A stretch of 64,000 bases of DNA from Candidatus Latescibacterota bacterium (lineage in GTDB: Bacteria; Latescibacterota; UBA2968; GCA-2709665): the NCBI GenBank assembly GCA_965205485.1, contig OZ242180.1, forward strand, positions 2,816,001 through 2,880,000, given 5' to 3'. The translations under genes and the position numbers were made by a program. This document shows, in pieces, positions 18,933-30,030 of this stretch (position 1 is its first letter; each line of letters opens with the position of its first letter). The notes under the pieces were generated by a model. The model did not search any database, had not been told where the DNA came from, and was given only the letters and a program-made list of their open reading frames with translations.

Positions 18933-19796
18933 TCAACGCCATCGAAGTGGACCCATCTCCGGGGCGCGCGCCACGTCGCTCAGTTCGGTCATGGTCGCGG
19001 CGCCGCTGGAAACCGTGCTGACCCTCGCGTCGGCGAGGACGTACCGGAACGCACTGAGCGCGACCGTCCCTGGCTCGTCCCGGAGGCGTTCGATAATCAC
19101 TTCCGCGTTGGCGCGTTCGGCGGGATCCTGCAGGTTTTCGAGCGCTGCCTCTCGCCGGGGCTCGTCGGAGAAAAGCCCTCCGGCGAGTACGGTGGCAACG
19201 ACAATGCCCATCCCGCTTGCGGCTGCCGCCGGTAAAACCGCTTCGGCGGCCTTCTGCGAGCAGGGGTGGTAATCGTGAAAGACGAGCAGGGTGTCGAACT
19301 CATCCGTTCCGGCGAGTTTCGCCAGCAGGGGGATGGCCCGGTCCGTTATGCCGATATGGTCGCACAGGCCTCGCTTCTGAGCCTCCCGAAGCCCCTCGAG
19401 GGTCCCGCCCCGTTCCATGACGCGTTCCCATCCGGCTTCGCTCACCTGATGGATCTGCGCCGAAAAAAGCCTCGATATTCGCAGCCGCTTCAGGCTTCGT
19501 TCGAGGCTTCGCAAAACGCTGTCGCTGCGATAGTCGAAGTCTTTGGGGTCATATCCGACCTTTGTGGCGACGTGCATGCGCGCCTTCGCGGCTTCGAGGG
19601 CATAGCCGAACAGCGCTTCGCTCCTGCCGTAAAGGGGCGCGGTGTCGATATAGTTGATTCCCAGTTCGTTCGCACGCTGGACGATCTCGACCGCGTTTTC
19701 CAGCTCGCGATCGGGATCCGGCCCTCCGATGTACGCGCCGCCCAGGCTGACCTCGCTGACCCGGATACCAGTCTTGCCGAATTCGCGGTATTGCAT
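18933..19796 (-). CDS. aldo/keto reductase
   Basis: REFGKTGIRVSEVSLG, GINYIDTAPLYG.SE, ATK, SLERSLKRL; AGGAGG RBS. Confidence 0.92.
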   Translation of the reverse strand: MQYREFGKTGIRVSEVSLGGAYIGGPDPDRELENAVEIVQRANELGINYIDTAPLYGRSEALFGYALEAAKARMHVATKVGYDPKDFDYRSDSVLRSLERSLKRLRISRLFSAQIHQVSEAGWERVMERGGTLEGLREAQKRGLCDHIGITDRAIPLLAKLAGTDEFDTLLVFHDYHPCSQKAAEAVLPAAAASGMGIVVATVLAGGLFSDEPRREAALENLQDPAERANAEVIIERLRDEPGTVALSAFRYVLADARVSTVSSGAATMTELSDVARAPEMGPLRWR

Positions 19797-20040
19797 GTTT
19801 CCTCCTTCCTGCTTGATTCAAGCCAAAAGATAGCCGAATGACGGTGGTCACGCAAGGTATCGGGGGTCCAGACATGGAGGGTGAAGAGTTCCTCGCGCGC
19901 CCTGTCTATGCGACTGCCGAATAGGTACGACTACACATTGGACCTTAAACTGGCTATATTTCTGCGACCCTGTGTTGTTACGGCTTATTGACCGCCCTCG
20001 CGCCCGCAGGTGCGTCAGGGCGCGAAAAAGGAACGTAGAA

Positions 20041-23000
20041 ATGGTTTCGCGCGCGGTTGTCCTTCTCCTTCTCCTTTCATCTGCGACAACGTCCCTCCAC
20101 GCGAATCCCGCGTCAATCCCGCCGGTGTATGACAGCCTCAAGGATCTGCACCTGAACACCGTACTGGTGGAGAATGGCCGGGCGGTTGCGACGATCGTGG
20201 TTCCCGCCAATGGGATGTACGACGCTGAAGCGGCGCGTATCCAGCGGGCTATTCTTGAACGGACCGGTGTACAGGTTCCCCTGACGCAGGACGATTCGCC
20301 CGCCGTTTCGGTGCCGATCGCGGAAAACCTGATATTGCTGGGCAACAGGTCCACGAACCGGACGATTTCCAAGCTGTACGATCGATATTACACGTTGCTG
20401 GACCTGAAATATCCCGGACCGGGCGGTTACGTCGTGCGTTCTCTACACAATCCCTTCGGCAACGGTCGCAATGTGATTGCGGTGGGCGGGAGCGATGCCG
20501 CCGGGGTGGGCCTGGCGGCAGATGTCTTTATGCGAAAAGTCGCCGAAAGCGCCGGCAATGGCGCCGGCCTGTCGGTCGGCTGGATGATGGAGATCCGCCT
20601 TGGAAAAGCGGTGCAGGTACCGGAAGCGCTCCAGCAATTCGAGACCTGGGAGGCTTCCGCGGGTTACCGTTCCGTGGGGTATTTCGGGTGGAACAGCATC
20701 AGCAAACACATGGCGATGTACTATATGACCGGCCAGGAACGCCATGCTCGGGAGTTTCTCCGGCTGGCGTTTCCGGACGACGCGGCGAAGGCCCAGATCG
20801 CGGCGATCGACGGTGAACGGATAGAGAACAAGGATGAGCCCCTCAGCGGTCCGTACCATTACACGGCGCATATGCTGGTTCTCTACTGGGACCTGATCGA
20901 GGAAAGCCCGGTCTTCACGAACGAACAACGGCTGCGGATCACCAACGCGTTTGCGAAGCAGTTTTCGCACGATCCCTACGGCCAGAGCCGGACCGCCATG
21001 ATCGTACGAAACCTGGATATGGGAAGAGAGGCCTATAACCCGCCGCCCGCAGGCGTCGGAACGCGGCACCACCAGTGGGCCGCCATTGCGCTCTACTGCC
21101 TTGGCCGGTACTTCCAGAAGGATTACCCGCACCCTCTGTGGCAGCACTGTATCTGGGCGGCTGAATGGCAATTCTCACCATTGCGCCACCACGCGTGGGT
21201 GATGGGCGAAGCCGACAACCTGTATTGGTACAGCACCGGCATCGCCCCGATTCTCACCTATATGCTCATCTCGGGGGACCGCGCGGCGTTGGAGAACGGC
21301 GTCCTGAAGACACTACTGAGGGGGCAGGAGATGCTGATATCCGGGCGCGAGCCCGACTGGGCCCTACGCTACGCGTCCATCGGATACCTTCACAAAGCCG
21401 CGTATCTGACAGGTGACGGGAGATATCTGGAATACGCACGCCGGACCGGGGTGAACCTGGACGAGTTCCGGCTGGGGCAGTCCTTCTGGCCGGAGTCCGG
21501 CCTGGCTCCGGTCCAGCCGGCCGATCTTGTCCAAAGGTGGAGCGTCCTGGAGTTGCCGGAGCCAATGTGGAAACGACGCGCGAGCGGGCTGCCGCTTTCG
21601 GACTCGTTTCAATTCGGGAGCTTTCGCAGCGCCACCGACGCTACGGGCGATTTTATCCTGATCGACGGGCTGAACGGAGCGTCCCGGAATCCCTACCACT
21701 CGTTCGCGGTCCTGGAGCTCCGCCTCGACGGAGAAACAGTACTCCAGGGCTACGGGAATCAGGTGCTCACGGGTGCCGACGGGCTGGTGGCGCCGCGCAG
21801 CCCGATGGACGCGGCGCTGCGTTATCGGGACGTCGTGGGCCGGACGGCCGTCGCCGTCGCCGAGGTTCCCGATGCGTCGTTCTGCAGCTGGCGCCGCGCC
21901 CTGGCGCACCGGGAAGGACGGTATGCGCTGTTTATGGACAGGCTGAAGTTCCGGGTGGACAGCGCGAATCTCGAAGTCAGAACCCAATGGACGGCGCCGG
22001 GCCGATGGCGTACGGCTTCAGCGGGCGGCGAGTCGCACATCGAGACCGGCGGCAATCGCTTTGGTATCCGGGCCTCCGATCCCGTCGAGATCACACTGAA
22101 CGGGAGAACCGCAACCCTGGCCTGGACGGGCGCCGTATCGTCCGATGAAGAACGCGCGTTCTTTTCGCTGATTGCCGCGGCCGGTGCGGATGGGGCCCCG
22201 GTCTCCTGTCTGCGGCTTGGAACGCGGGCGGCAGTACTCGGCCTTCCGGCGCCGGCCATCGCCGTCGACGGAGAATACGGCGGCATTCAGGGCGACGTGG
22301 TCCTGCTGGCCGGCGATCACCTCTTCGGGAAGGACTTGAAAACCGCAGGGTTGGAGGGGGATCTGATCAGTGCGGACGAGCCGGTCGATCTGGACTGGGA
22401 CTTTCAGTCGGGATCGGCGGTACTCACGACAGCGGGAGAGACACGCATCCGGGCGGCGTTCTCGGAACCGGCTGACGTCCTGCTGGATGGCGTTCCGCTC
22501 TCTGTCCTGGCGTTTTCCGATAGCGGCGCCGTGTTCGATGTGCCGGAGGGTCGGCACGAATTGACTGGCGCGATTCCCAATCCCAATCTGCTCTCCGAAA
22601 CGATCGAGCGGCTCAGCGGGATGTTGTCGCAGGCCCGGACGGAACGCCGCCGGAGCGCGGAAAACCCTGGTGTTCCTGCAACGCCGGAAGGTCCGCCCGC
22701 GCCTCTGTTTCTGAGGACACGGACCGGCGGCGCCGTGACGGACATGATTTCCTTCGCGTCTGAGGGCGAGAGGTGGATCGGCGTCGCGACGGAAAGAGGG
22801 GTACATCTGCTGGCGCGGGATGGCAGGGACGGCCGGTTTTTCCGCACGGACGCCCCGATCCGGGTGATGGCCTGGTGGGATGCCTTCCAGTTGTTGCTTG
22901 TGGGGTGCAGGGATGAACAGGTAATCGCGTTCGACCTGGAAGGAAGGCGCCGCTGGACGTTCGTGTCCGAAATGCACCCGGCGGTCTACCGGGCCGGGAA

Positions 23001-24159
23001 GACCTACTGGTTCAAGACGGCGCCGGGCCACGAGGGGATCCACGGGCTGCATACGGGCATCTTTCGAAACGGGAAGAGCCAGGCATTCGTGGGAAGCGCG
23101 TGTACGCTGGAAATTCTGAACGGCAGGGGAGAGCTGGAGGAGAGGCTTCCGGTGTTCTGGGGGCCCGGAACCCGGTTCGCACTGATAGAGAGCCCCCGAG
23201 GCGGCACGGATCTCCTGGTTGCAAGACAGCCCACGGATTCGCACGCGCTATCGGTGGTGAACAGCCGATCGTTGCAGGTGACCCGGGGCCGCTTCGCCGG
23301 GGTTCCCGCGGGGCACACGTATATTGGGGGATGGGCCTCGATGAGCCGGAAACACATCTTCTACGAAGACCTGGACGCGGACGGGGCGAGAGAGGTGATC
23401 AGCGAGATCAACGGCACGTGGAACCGGGTGACCGTGTGGAACGCAAACGGCGCAGCCCTGTACAACGCGAACTTCGGCCCGGGAAATCGGATTCCCGCTC
23501 AGAATATGCGCGACCTGGATATCGGGGACCTGGACGGTGACGGGAAGAAGGAAATCGTGGCGGCGACGTCCACGGGGCTCGTGGTCGCGCTGGATGCGCG
23601 GTGCGATCGAGTGTGGACACGCCGGCTTCACAGCCCGCCCACGGTGCTGGCGTTCGTGCGCGCCAGTGACGCGTCGTGGGTGGTGACCGGCTGCGAGGAC
23701 GGCAGCATCGTGATGTTGGATGGATCCGGAGAGGTCCGTGGCCTCGGAAGGGTGTCGGGAAAGCCCACCCGCATCCTGAGAATCGGAGATGGCGCGGTGA
23801 TCGGGACCGATACGGGCGAGGTGACGGGATGGAAGATCGGCGGCCGCTTTCTGAGCGACGCTCCGGCCGAACCCGTGGAATACGCCCTGCATCAGAGTTT
23901 CCCGAACCCGTTCAACAGCGAGTGCCAGATCGCCTACCAGTTGCCCGGCTCCGGCGACGTCTCGCTGGTCGTCTTCAATCTGCTCGGACAACGGATCCGC
24001 GTTCTGGTAGAGGGAGAACGGCAGGCCGGATATTACCAGGTGACCTGGGACGGGAGGGACGACGCGGGCAGGGAAGTGTCCAGCGGCGTCTACTGCAGCC
24101 GCCTGGAGGTGGATGGCGGCAAGTTTACCGCTGTTCGGAAAATGGTACTGTTGAAGTAA
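20041..24159 (+). CDS. large secreted multidomain protein (possible polysaccharide lyase/hydrolase) with FG-GAP/propeller region and FlgD-Ig/T9SS-like C-terminal domain
   Basis: Signal peptide MVSRAVVLLLLLSSATT; DLDADG/DLDGDG repeats; C-terminus LHQSFPNPFN..VFNLLGQRIR.L..WDGRDDAGREVSSGVY..RKMVLLK. Confidence 0.7.
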   Translation: MVSRAVVLLLLLSSATTSLHANPASIPPVYDSLKDLHLNTVLVENGRAVATIVVPANGMYDAEAARIQRAILERTGVQVPLTQDDSPAVSVPIAENLILLGNRSTNRTISKLYDRYYTLLDLKYPGPGGYVVRSLHNPFGNGRNVIAVGGSDAAGVGLAADVFMRKVAESAGNGAGLSVGWMMEIRLGKAVQVPEALQQFETWEASAGYRSVGYFGWNSISKHMAMYYMTGQERHAREFLRLAFPDDAAKAQIAAIDGERIENKDEPLSGPYHYTAHMLVLYWDLIEESPVFTNEQRLRITNAFAKQFSHDPYGQSRTAMIVRNLDMGREAYNPPPAGVGTRHHQWAAIALYCLGRYFQKDYPHPLWQHCIWAAEWQFSPLRHHAWVMGEADNLYWYSTGIAPILTYMLISGDRAALENGVLKTLLRGQEMLISGREPDWALRYASIGYLHKAAYLTGDGRYLEYARRTGVNLDEFRLGQSFWPESGLAPVQPADLVQRWSVLELPEPMWKRRASGLPLSDSFQFGSFRSATDATGDFILIDGLNGASRNPYHSFAVLELRLDGETVLQGYGNQVLTGADGLVAPRSPMDAALRYRDVVGRTAVAVAEVPDASFCSWRRALAHREGRYALFMDRLKFRVDSANLEVRTQWTAPGRWRTASAGGESHIETGGNRFGIRASDPVEITLNGRTATLAWTGAVSSDEERAFFSLIAAAGADGAPVSCLRLGTRAAVLGLPAPAIAVDGEYGGIQGDVVLLAGDHLFGKDLKTAGLEGDLISADEPVDLDWDFQSGSAVLTTAGETRIRAAFSEPADVLLDGVPLSVLAFSDSGAVFDVPEGRHELTGAIPNPNLLSETIERLSGMLSQARTERRRSAENPGVPATPEGPPAPLFLRTRTGGAVTDMISFASEGERWIGVATERGVHLLARDGRDGRFFRTDAPIRVMAWWDAFQLLLVGCRDEQVIAFDLEGRRRWTFVSEMHPAVYRAGKTYWFKTAPGHEGIHGLHTGIFRNGKSQAFVGSACTLEILNGRGELEERLPVFWGPGTRFALIESPRGGTDLLVARQPTDSHALSVVNSRSLQVTRGRFAGVPAGHTYIGGWASMSRKHIFYEDLDADGAREVISEINGTWNRVTVWNANGAALYNANFGPGNRIPAQNMRDLDIGDLDGDGKKEIVAATSTGLVVALDARCDRVWTRRLHSPPTVLAFVRASDASWVVTGCEDGSIVMLDGSGEVRGLGRVSGKPTRILRIGDGAVIGTDTGEVTGWKIGGRFLSDAPAEPVEYALHQSFPNPFNSECQIAYQLPGSGDVSLVVFNLLGQRIRVLVEGERQAGYYQVTWDGRDDAGREVSSGVYCSRLEVDGGKFTAVRKMVLLK

Positions 24160-24254
24160 TTTTCCGCCAGGAATTGCGATGATTTCGTGGAAGGCTGAAT
24201 CCGGATCCGGTTCGACCGCGAAAGGGGAGAATTCGCGCAACAGCGTTCGCCGGG

Positions 24255-25673
24255 CTATCTCTTTTTGGGAATGTACAGGTCGGTCGCGGTACCCAGGTGG
24301 ATCTCGGCGGCGATGCCCAGGGATTCGGAGAGCGAAGGATGGGGGTGGATCGTGTGCGCCAGGTCTTCGGCGACGGCGCCCATTTCAATGCCGAGGACGG
24401 CTTCGGCGATGAGTTCACCGGCGTTGGGGCCGACGATCCCCGCCCCCAGAATTCGGCTGGTTTCCGGGTCGAAAACCAGTTTCGAAAGTCCCTCGGTTCG
24501 GCCGAGCGTTGCCGCCCGGCCTGAGGCGGCCCAGGGAAAGCGTGCGGTTTTCACAGGGCGGTCCTGCGCCCGCGCGTCGGTTTCCGTGAGGCCGCACCAC
24601 GCGATCTCGGGATCCGTGTAGACAACAGAGGGGACGATGCTGTCAAAGGCCGCCGGTTGGCCGGCGATCACTTCGGCGGCGACTTTCCCCTGGTGGGCGG
24701 CCTTGTGGGCGAGCCCGGGGCCATCCACCACGTCTCCAAGGGCGAAGATGCGGGTGTCGGCCGTACGCATGTGTCCGTCGACGACCATGAAGCCGGCATC
24801 CGTGAGCCCCACCCGCGTGTTTTCCAGTCCCAGGTCCCGGGTGTTCGGAACCCGACCGGCCGAGAGCAGGATGTTGTCGAAGGCCTGCGCGCTTGCTTCG
24901 AGGTCCCCTTCAAAGCTCGCGGTTATCACGTTATCACTTTCCTCCAGGGAGGCGACGGCGGTGTTGACATGGATGCCGTCAAAAATGCCCTCGAGGTACT
25001 TTTGCAGGGGTTTGACCAGGTCCCGGTCCACACCGGGAAGGAGGCCGCCGGTGATCTCGACCAGCGTCACACGGCTTCCCAGCCGGGCGTAGACGGTACT
25101 CAGTTCGAGGCCGACGATCCCTCCGCCTACGGCAAGCAGGCGATCGGGGACGTTCTCCAGTTCGAGCGCTCTGTCCGAATCCAGGATCTTCGGACTGTCG
25201 ACGTCGAAAACAGGGGGCACTGCCGGCCGGGACCCCGTGGCGACGATGGCATGCACGAAGTCGATTTGCGAGACGCCGTCACCTCCGGAGACGCGGATCC
25301 GCCGGGAAGACTCGAATGCCGCTCGACCTCGGATGCGCCTGATACGGCGGCGCCGGCACAATGCGTCGAGGCCTCGCGAGAGATTCGCGAGAATTCCGTC
25401 TTTCCAGCCGCGCATCTTTTCGAGATCGATTTCCGGTTCGGAAAACGTCAATCCAAAGGCTGCCGCTTCACGGGACTCCGAAATCAGGCCGGCGACGTGC
25501 AGCAGGGCCTTCGACGGGATGCAGCCGCGGAGCAGGCATGTTCCTCCGAGCCGGTCGTCGGCTTCCACCAGCGTAACCGGGATACCGAGGTCCGCCGATC
25601 TGAACGCGGCGGCGTAGCCGCCAGGCCCGCCGCCGATGACGAGGAGGTCGGTCTTGTGGGTGCCATTCGGCAT
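24255..25673 (-). CDS. lpdA: dihydrolipoamide dehydrogenase (E3)
   Basis: GGGPGGY, GGTCLLRGCIPSK, GGGIVGLE, HPHPSLSE. Confidence 0.96.
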   Translation of the reverse strand: MPNGTHKTDLLVIGGGPGGYAAAFRSADLGIPVTLVEADDRLGGTCLLRGCIPSKALLHVAGLISESREAAAFGLTFSEPEIDLEKMRGWKDGILANLSRGLDALCRRRRIRRIRGRAAFESSRRIRVSGGDGVSQIDFVHAIVATGSRPAVPPVFDVDSPKILDSDRALELENVPDRLLAVGGGIVGLELSTVYARLGSRVTLVEITGGLLPGVDRDLVKPLQKYLEGIFDGIHVNTAVASLEESDNVITASFEGDLEASAQAFDNILLSAGRVPNTRDLGLENTRVGLTDAGFMVVDGHMRTADTRIFALGDVVDGPGLAHKAAHQGKVAAEVIAGQPAAFDSIVPSVVYTDPEIAWCGLTETDARAQDRPVKTARFPWAASGRAATLGRTEGLSKLVFDPETSRILGAGIVGPNAGELIAEAVLGIEMGAVAEDLAHTIHPHPSLSESLGIAAEIHLGTATDLYIPKKR

Positions 25674-25736
25674 GGTCGCTCCGGACGAGGGTACGCGGAC
25701 GGCCGTGATGCGGTCCGTAGGGTCGTCTGAACGGGT

Positions 25737-27029
25737 TCATCCCCCGAGGAGCATGCGCTCCGGATTCTCCAGGGATTCAACCAGATGTCTTGTGAATCGT
25801 GCGCCATCGGCTCCGTCCACGACGCGATGGTCGTAAGACAGGCAGATGGGCATGATGAGACGGGCCTCGACACGTCCGTTGCGCACGACGGGTTCCTGCC
25901 GGGACCGTCCCATGCCGAGTATGGCGACTTCGGGGAAGTTGACGATGGGGGTAAAGGACGTTCCGCCGATGCTTCCCAGGTTGGTGACGGTAAATGTGCC
26001 GCCCTGGAGCTCTTCGAGGTCGGCCCGTCCCTCTCGCGTGCGGCGGGCGAGATCGTCGAGTTGAATGGCCAACTCGAAGATGTCTTTCCGGTCGACGTCG
26101 CGGATAACCGGCACGAGAAGGCCCCTGTCCGTATCAACAGCCACGCCGATGTGGTAGTAGCGCTTGAGAACGAGCTGTCCCGCGGCCAAATCGAGGCTGG
26201 CGTTGAATTGCGGGAAGGCCTTCAGCGCGCTGACGACGGCTTTCATTACAAATGGCGTGGGCGTGAGTTTGCCGCCCCGGGCATCTGTACTGGCCTTGTG
26301 TCGCTGCCTGAAAGCTTCCAGATCCGTCGCGTCGGCCCGGTCGAACTGCGTCACGTGGGGTACCTGCGACCAGGCCGTGCCCACGTTCTGCGCAATCGTC
26401 CTGCGGACCCCGGGCAGGGGTTGTCGCTCGACGTGGCCCCATCGGGTGAAGTCCGGCAGGTCCGGCGCGACGACGGGCCCTGCCTGCGCTGCTTCGTTCA
26501 GGGAGGACTGTACGTATCGCTTTACATCGTCGCGGGTGATCCGACCTCCCGCGCCGCTGCCCGGAACCTGGCGCAGATCGACGCCGAGTTCCCGGGCGAA
26601 TCGTCGCACGGAAGGGGCGGCCGGCACGGTGACGCGTGAGGTCTCCGCGGCGACAGGCGTCCCTTCGTCCGGGCCCGCGTCTGCCTCAGCCGGCGGCGCC
26701 TGCGGTTCCTCCGGCGCGTCCGCCGGAGGCGGCTCGACATCATTGCCTGTCTCGTGCGATTCGCTCGCGGCTTCCCGCCCGTCCCCGGAAAGTGCCGCGC
26801 TGACGGTGATCAGCACGGCGCCGGGCGAGATGCTTTCGCCGCTCCTGACGTTGACCGAAGCGACGGTTCCGGCAATTGACGATGGGACTTCAACCAGCGC
26901 CTTGTCGGTTTCCAGTTCGATAACGGGCTGATCGACCGCGATTGAATCTCCTTCCGACACCAGGATGCGCACCACGTCGCCCTGATCGATGCCTTCGCCA
27001 AGGTCCGGAAGTCTGATCTCATCCGCCAC
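25737..27029 (-). CDS. aceF: pyruvate dehydrogenase E2 dihydrolipoamide acetyltransferase (one lipoyl domain)
   Basis: Lipoyl ETDKA, E3-binding AAPSVRRFARELGVDL, DHRVVDG; GTG start after AAGGAGG. Confidence 0.93.
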   Translation of the reverse strand: MADEIRLPDLGEGIDQGDVVRILVSEGDSIAVDQPVIELETDKALVEVPSSIAGTVASVNVRSGESISPGAVLITVSAALSGDGREAASESHETGNDVEPPPADAPEEPQAPPAEADAGPDEGTPVAAETSRVTVPAAPSVRRFARELGVDLRQVPGSGAGGRITRDDVKRYVQSSLNEAAQAGPVVAPDLPDFTRWGHVERQPLPGVRRTIAQNVGTAWSQVPHVTQFDRADATDLEAFRQRHKASTDARGGKLTPTPFVMKAVVSALKAFPQFNASLDLAAGQLVLKRYYHIGVAVDTDRGLLVPVIRDVDRKDIFELAIQLDDLARRTREGRADLEELQGGTFTVTNLGSIGGTSFTPIVNFPEVAILGMGRSRQEPVVRNGRVEARLIMPICLSYDHRVVDGADGARFTRHLVESLENPERMLLGG

Positions 27030-27119
27030 GGTTCCTCCTTTGCGGGCGCCACAGACGCAGCTGGAGTTTTAGCCCTGAGATATCGCCCAACGGCAACCCG
27101 TTTCCGGCACGTGACATAA

Positions 27120-29822
27120 CTATCCGTAACTCAATGTTGGGCCGGCCGAGACGGGATTCGCTTTATCGGGGTCGACGCCAAGGTCCGCGATGGCGCGTGC
27201 AACCTCGTCTGATCCGATCATTCCCTGGCTGGAGAGGGCGTGGATGGCGGCGACGGCGATGGATTCGGCATCGACTTCGAAGTGCCGGCGAAGCGCCTCT
27301 CTGGTATCGCTTCTTCCGAAGCCGTCGGTACCCAGCGAGACAAGATCCAGCGGCACCCACGGCCGGATCATGTCGGGCAGGATCTTCATGTAATCGGAAG
27401 CAGCCACGACGGGGCCCCTGGCGTCTTCGAGTACTTCAGTGATGAAGGGCTTGCGCGCCGGTTCTGACGGATGTAACCGGTTCCAGCGTTCCGTCTCCAG
27501 GGCGTCTCTTCGAAGTTCCTTGTAACTGGTGACGCTCCAGACCTGCGCGGAGATGCCATATCTCTCAGCCAGAATGCGCCTGGCGCGTATGGCCTCCCTC
27601 AGGATGGCGCCGCTTCCGAACAGTTGAACCTGGTGAGCCGCGCCTGCCAGCGACGCCTCCTTGAGTTTATATATGCCTCTGATGATGCCTTTTCCGGCGC
27701 CCTTGGGCATGGCCGGCATGTCGTAGGGTTCGTTTCCCAGCGTCAGATAGTAGAAGATGTCTTCCTGCTCGTTGTACATCCGCCGGATCCCGTCCTGGAC
27801 GATGACCGCGATTTCGTACGCATAGGCTGGATCGTAGGTGAGCAGATTGGGTACGGTGTTGGCCAGTACGTGGCTGTGGCCGTCCTGGTGTTGGAGGCCC
27901 TCGCCGTTCAACGTTGTCCGGCCGGCCGTGCCACCCAGGAGGAATCCCTTGCAACGCATGTCCGCGGCGGCCCAGATCAGATCGCCGATGCGCTGAAAGC
28001 CGAACATGGAGTAGTAGATGAAAAACGGGATGGTGTTCACTCCGCAGGTCGCATAGGCGGTGCCGGCGGCGATGAACGAGCACATGGAACCGGCTTCGTT
28101 GATTCCTTCTTCCAGAATCTGGCCTTCCCTGACTTCCCGGTAATACAGCAGCCTGTCGGCGTCGACCGGCTCGTAGAGCTGGCCGACGCGGGAGTAGATT
28201 CCGCATTGCCGAAAAAGCGGTTCCATACCGAACGTGCGGGCTTCGTCCGGAATGATGGGTACGATGAGCTTTCCGATGTCGGGATCGCGCAGGAGCTTGG
28301 AGAACATGCGGACGAAGGCCATCGTCGTGGACGCCTGCCGCCCCTGCGTGCCCTTCAGGAATTCGTCGAACAGGTCCAGCGAGGGGACGGCGAGAGGTTC
28401 CGTGTTGACCTGCCGGCAGGGCAGGTACCCGCCCAGTTCCTCCCGGCGGCGCTTCAAGTATCTTATCTCGGGGCTGTCATCAGGAGGCCGGTAGAAAGGC
28501 GCGGCGGCGACTTCGTCGTCGGAGATCGGGATACCGAAGCGCGACCGGAATTCCCGAAGTTCGTCCTCGTTCAGCTTCTTTTGCTGGTGCGTGACGTTCC
28601 GGCCCTCGCCGGATTCGCCAACCCCGTACCCCTTGATTGTCTTCGCCAGGATGACGGTGGGTGAACCGCGGTGCTCCACGGCCGACCTGTAGGCGGCGAA
28701 GACTTTTTCCGGGTCGTGCCCGCCGCGTCGCATCTTCTGCAGCTGTTCGTCCGAAAGGTGGTCGACCATATCCAGCAGACTGGGATGCGTGCCGAAGAAA
28801 TCTTCGCGGATATATTCGCCCGATTCAACGGTATATTTCTGGTATTGGCCGTCGACCACTTCGTTCATGCGCTGTACCAGGATGCCGTCGTGGTCGCGAT
28901 TCAGCAGCGGGTCCCAGTCGTCTCCCCAGATGACTTTGATGACGTTCCAGCCGGCGCCGCGAAAGGCGGCTTCCAATTCCTGAATGATCTTGCCGTTGCC
29001 GCGTACGGGCCCGTCAAGCCGCTGGAGATTGCAGTTGATCACGAAGATGAGGTTGTCCAGCTTTTCCCTGGACGCCAGGGTGATTGCGCCGAGGGATTCG
29101 GGCTCGTCGGTTTCGCCGTCGCCCATGAAGACCCACACGTGGGAGCCGGAGGTATCCTTGAGGCCCCGATCTTCCAGGTAGCGGTTGAACCGCGCGTGAT
29201 AGATGCCCATAATCGGCGAAAGGCCCATGGACACGGTGGGGTATTCCCAGAAGTCGGGCATCAGCCATGGGTGAGGATAGGAGGACAGCCCGCCCGGACG
29301 CCGGAGGTCCCTGCGGAAATTTTCCAGGGCTTGCTCGTCGATCCTCCCTTCGAGGAACGCCCGGGCGTAGACACCCGGCGCGGCGTGCCCCTGGAAATAC
29401 ACCTGGTCGCCCACGAATCCGTTGCCACGGCCGTGAAAAAAGTGGTCGAAACCCACCTCGAGCAGCGTGGCGGCCGATGCATAGGTGGAAATGTGGCCGC
29501 CGATCCCGTCGTATTCCCGGTTGGCCCGTACCACCATTGCCATTGCGTTCCATCGGATGATGCTCTTGATACGGCGTTCGATTTCGCGGTTGCCCGGGTA
29601 CGGATGCTGCTGGTCCACGGGAATCGTGTTGACATAGGGCGTATTGGCGCTGAACGGGATGACGACGTCCGCACGGTTCGCCCACTCTTCGATTTTCTTG
29701 AACAGGAAGCGCACCCGGTCCGGACCGTAGTTTTTCAGAGCGTAGTCGAGCGATTCGATCCAGTCCTGGGTCTCGGCGGGGTCGACGTCTCGGGATGGAA
29801 CTCGAACGACTTTGTCAGACAT
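27120..29822 (-). CDS. aceE: pyruvate dehydrogenase E1, homodimeric type
   Basis: DPAETQDW, GGHISTYAS, YFQGHAAPG, GDGETDEPES, NCNLQRLDGPV, GEGLQHQDGHS. Confidence 0.97.
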   Translation of the reverse strand: MSDKVVRVPSRDVDPAETQDWIESLDYALKNYGPDRVRFLFKKIEEWANRADVVIPFSANTPYVNTIPVDQQHPYPGNREIERRIKSIIRWNAMAMVVRANREYDGIGGHISTYASAATLLEVGFDHFFHGRGNGFVGDQVYFQGHAAPGVYARAFLEGRIDEQALENFRRDLRRPGGLSSYPHPWLMPDFWEYPTVSMGLSPIMGIYHARFNRYLEDRGLKDTSGSHVWVFMGDGETDEPESLGAITLASREKLDNLIFVINCNLQRLDGPVRGNGKIIQELEAAFRGAGWNVIKVIWGDDWDPLLNRDHDGILVQRMNEVVDGQYQKYTVESGEYIREDFFGTHPSLLDMVDHLSDEQLQKMRRGGHDPEKVFAAYRSAVEHRGSPTVILAKTIKGYGVGESGEGRNVTHQQKKLNEDELREFRSRFGIPISDDEVAAAPFYRPPDDSPEIRYLKRRREELGGYLPCRQVNTEPLAVPSLDLFDEFLKGTQGRQASTTMAFVRMFSKLLRDPDIGKLIVPIIPDEARTFGMEPLFRQCGIYSRVGQLYEPVDADRLLYYREVREGQILEEGINEAGSMCSFIAAGTAYATCGVNTIPFFIYYSMFGFQRIGDLIWAAADMRCKGFLLGGTAGRTTLNGEGLQHQDGHSHVLANTVPNLLTYDPAYAYEIAVIVQDGIRRMYNEQEDIFYYLTLGNEPYDMPAMPKGAGKGIIRGIYKLKEASLAGAAHQVQLFGSGAILREAIRARRILAERYGISAQVWSVTSYKELRRDALETERWNRLHPSEPARKPFITEVLEDARGPVVAASDYMKILPDMIRPWVPLDLVSLGTDGFGRSDTREALRRHFEVDAESIAVAAIHALSSQGMIGSDEVARAIADLGVDPDKANPVSAGPTLSYG

Positions 29823-29958
29823 TTGCGTCCTCGTCAGCCTCTCTTATACATAAACCCTAACTTACAACCTCACACCGACCAATCGGCCCCTGAATTTACC
29901 GGTAGATGCGCGAAAAGTCAAATTTGTTGCCCTTTCGCGCGGCTTGGGCGGAAACAAG

Positions 29959-29993
29959 AAAAAAGCCCCCGGAGGCGCGCCACCGGAGGCTTT
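29959..29993 (-). terminator. intrinsic terminator after the PFOR genes
   Basis: aaaaaagcccccgg-aggcgcgcca-ccggaggcttt; T-run on the minus strand. Confidence 0.6.
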
Positions 29994-30030
29994 ACGTACA
30001 GCGATCCGTTGAATTGTGTACAACGTGTCT

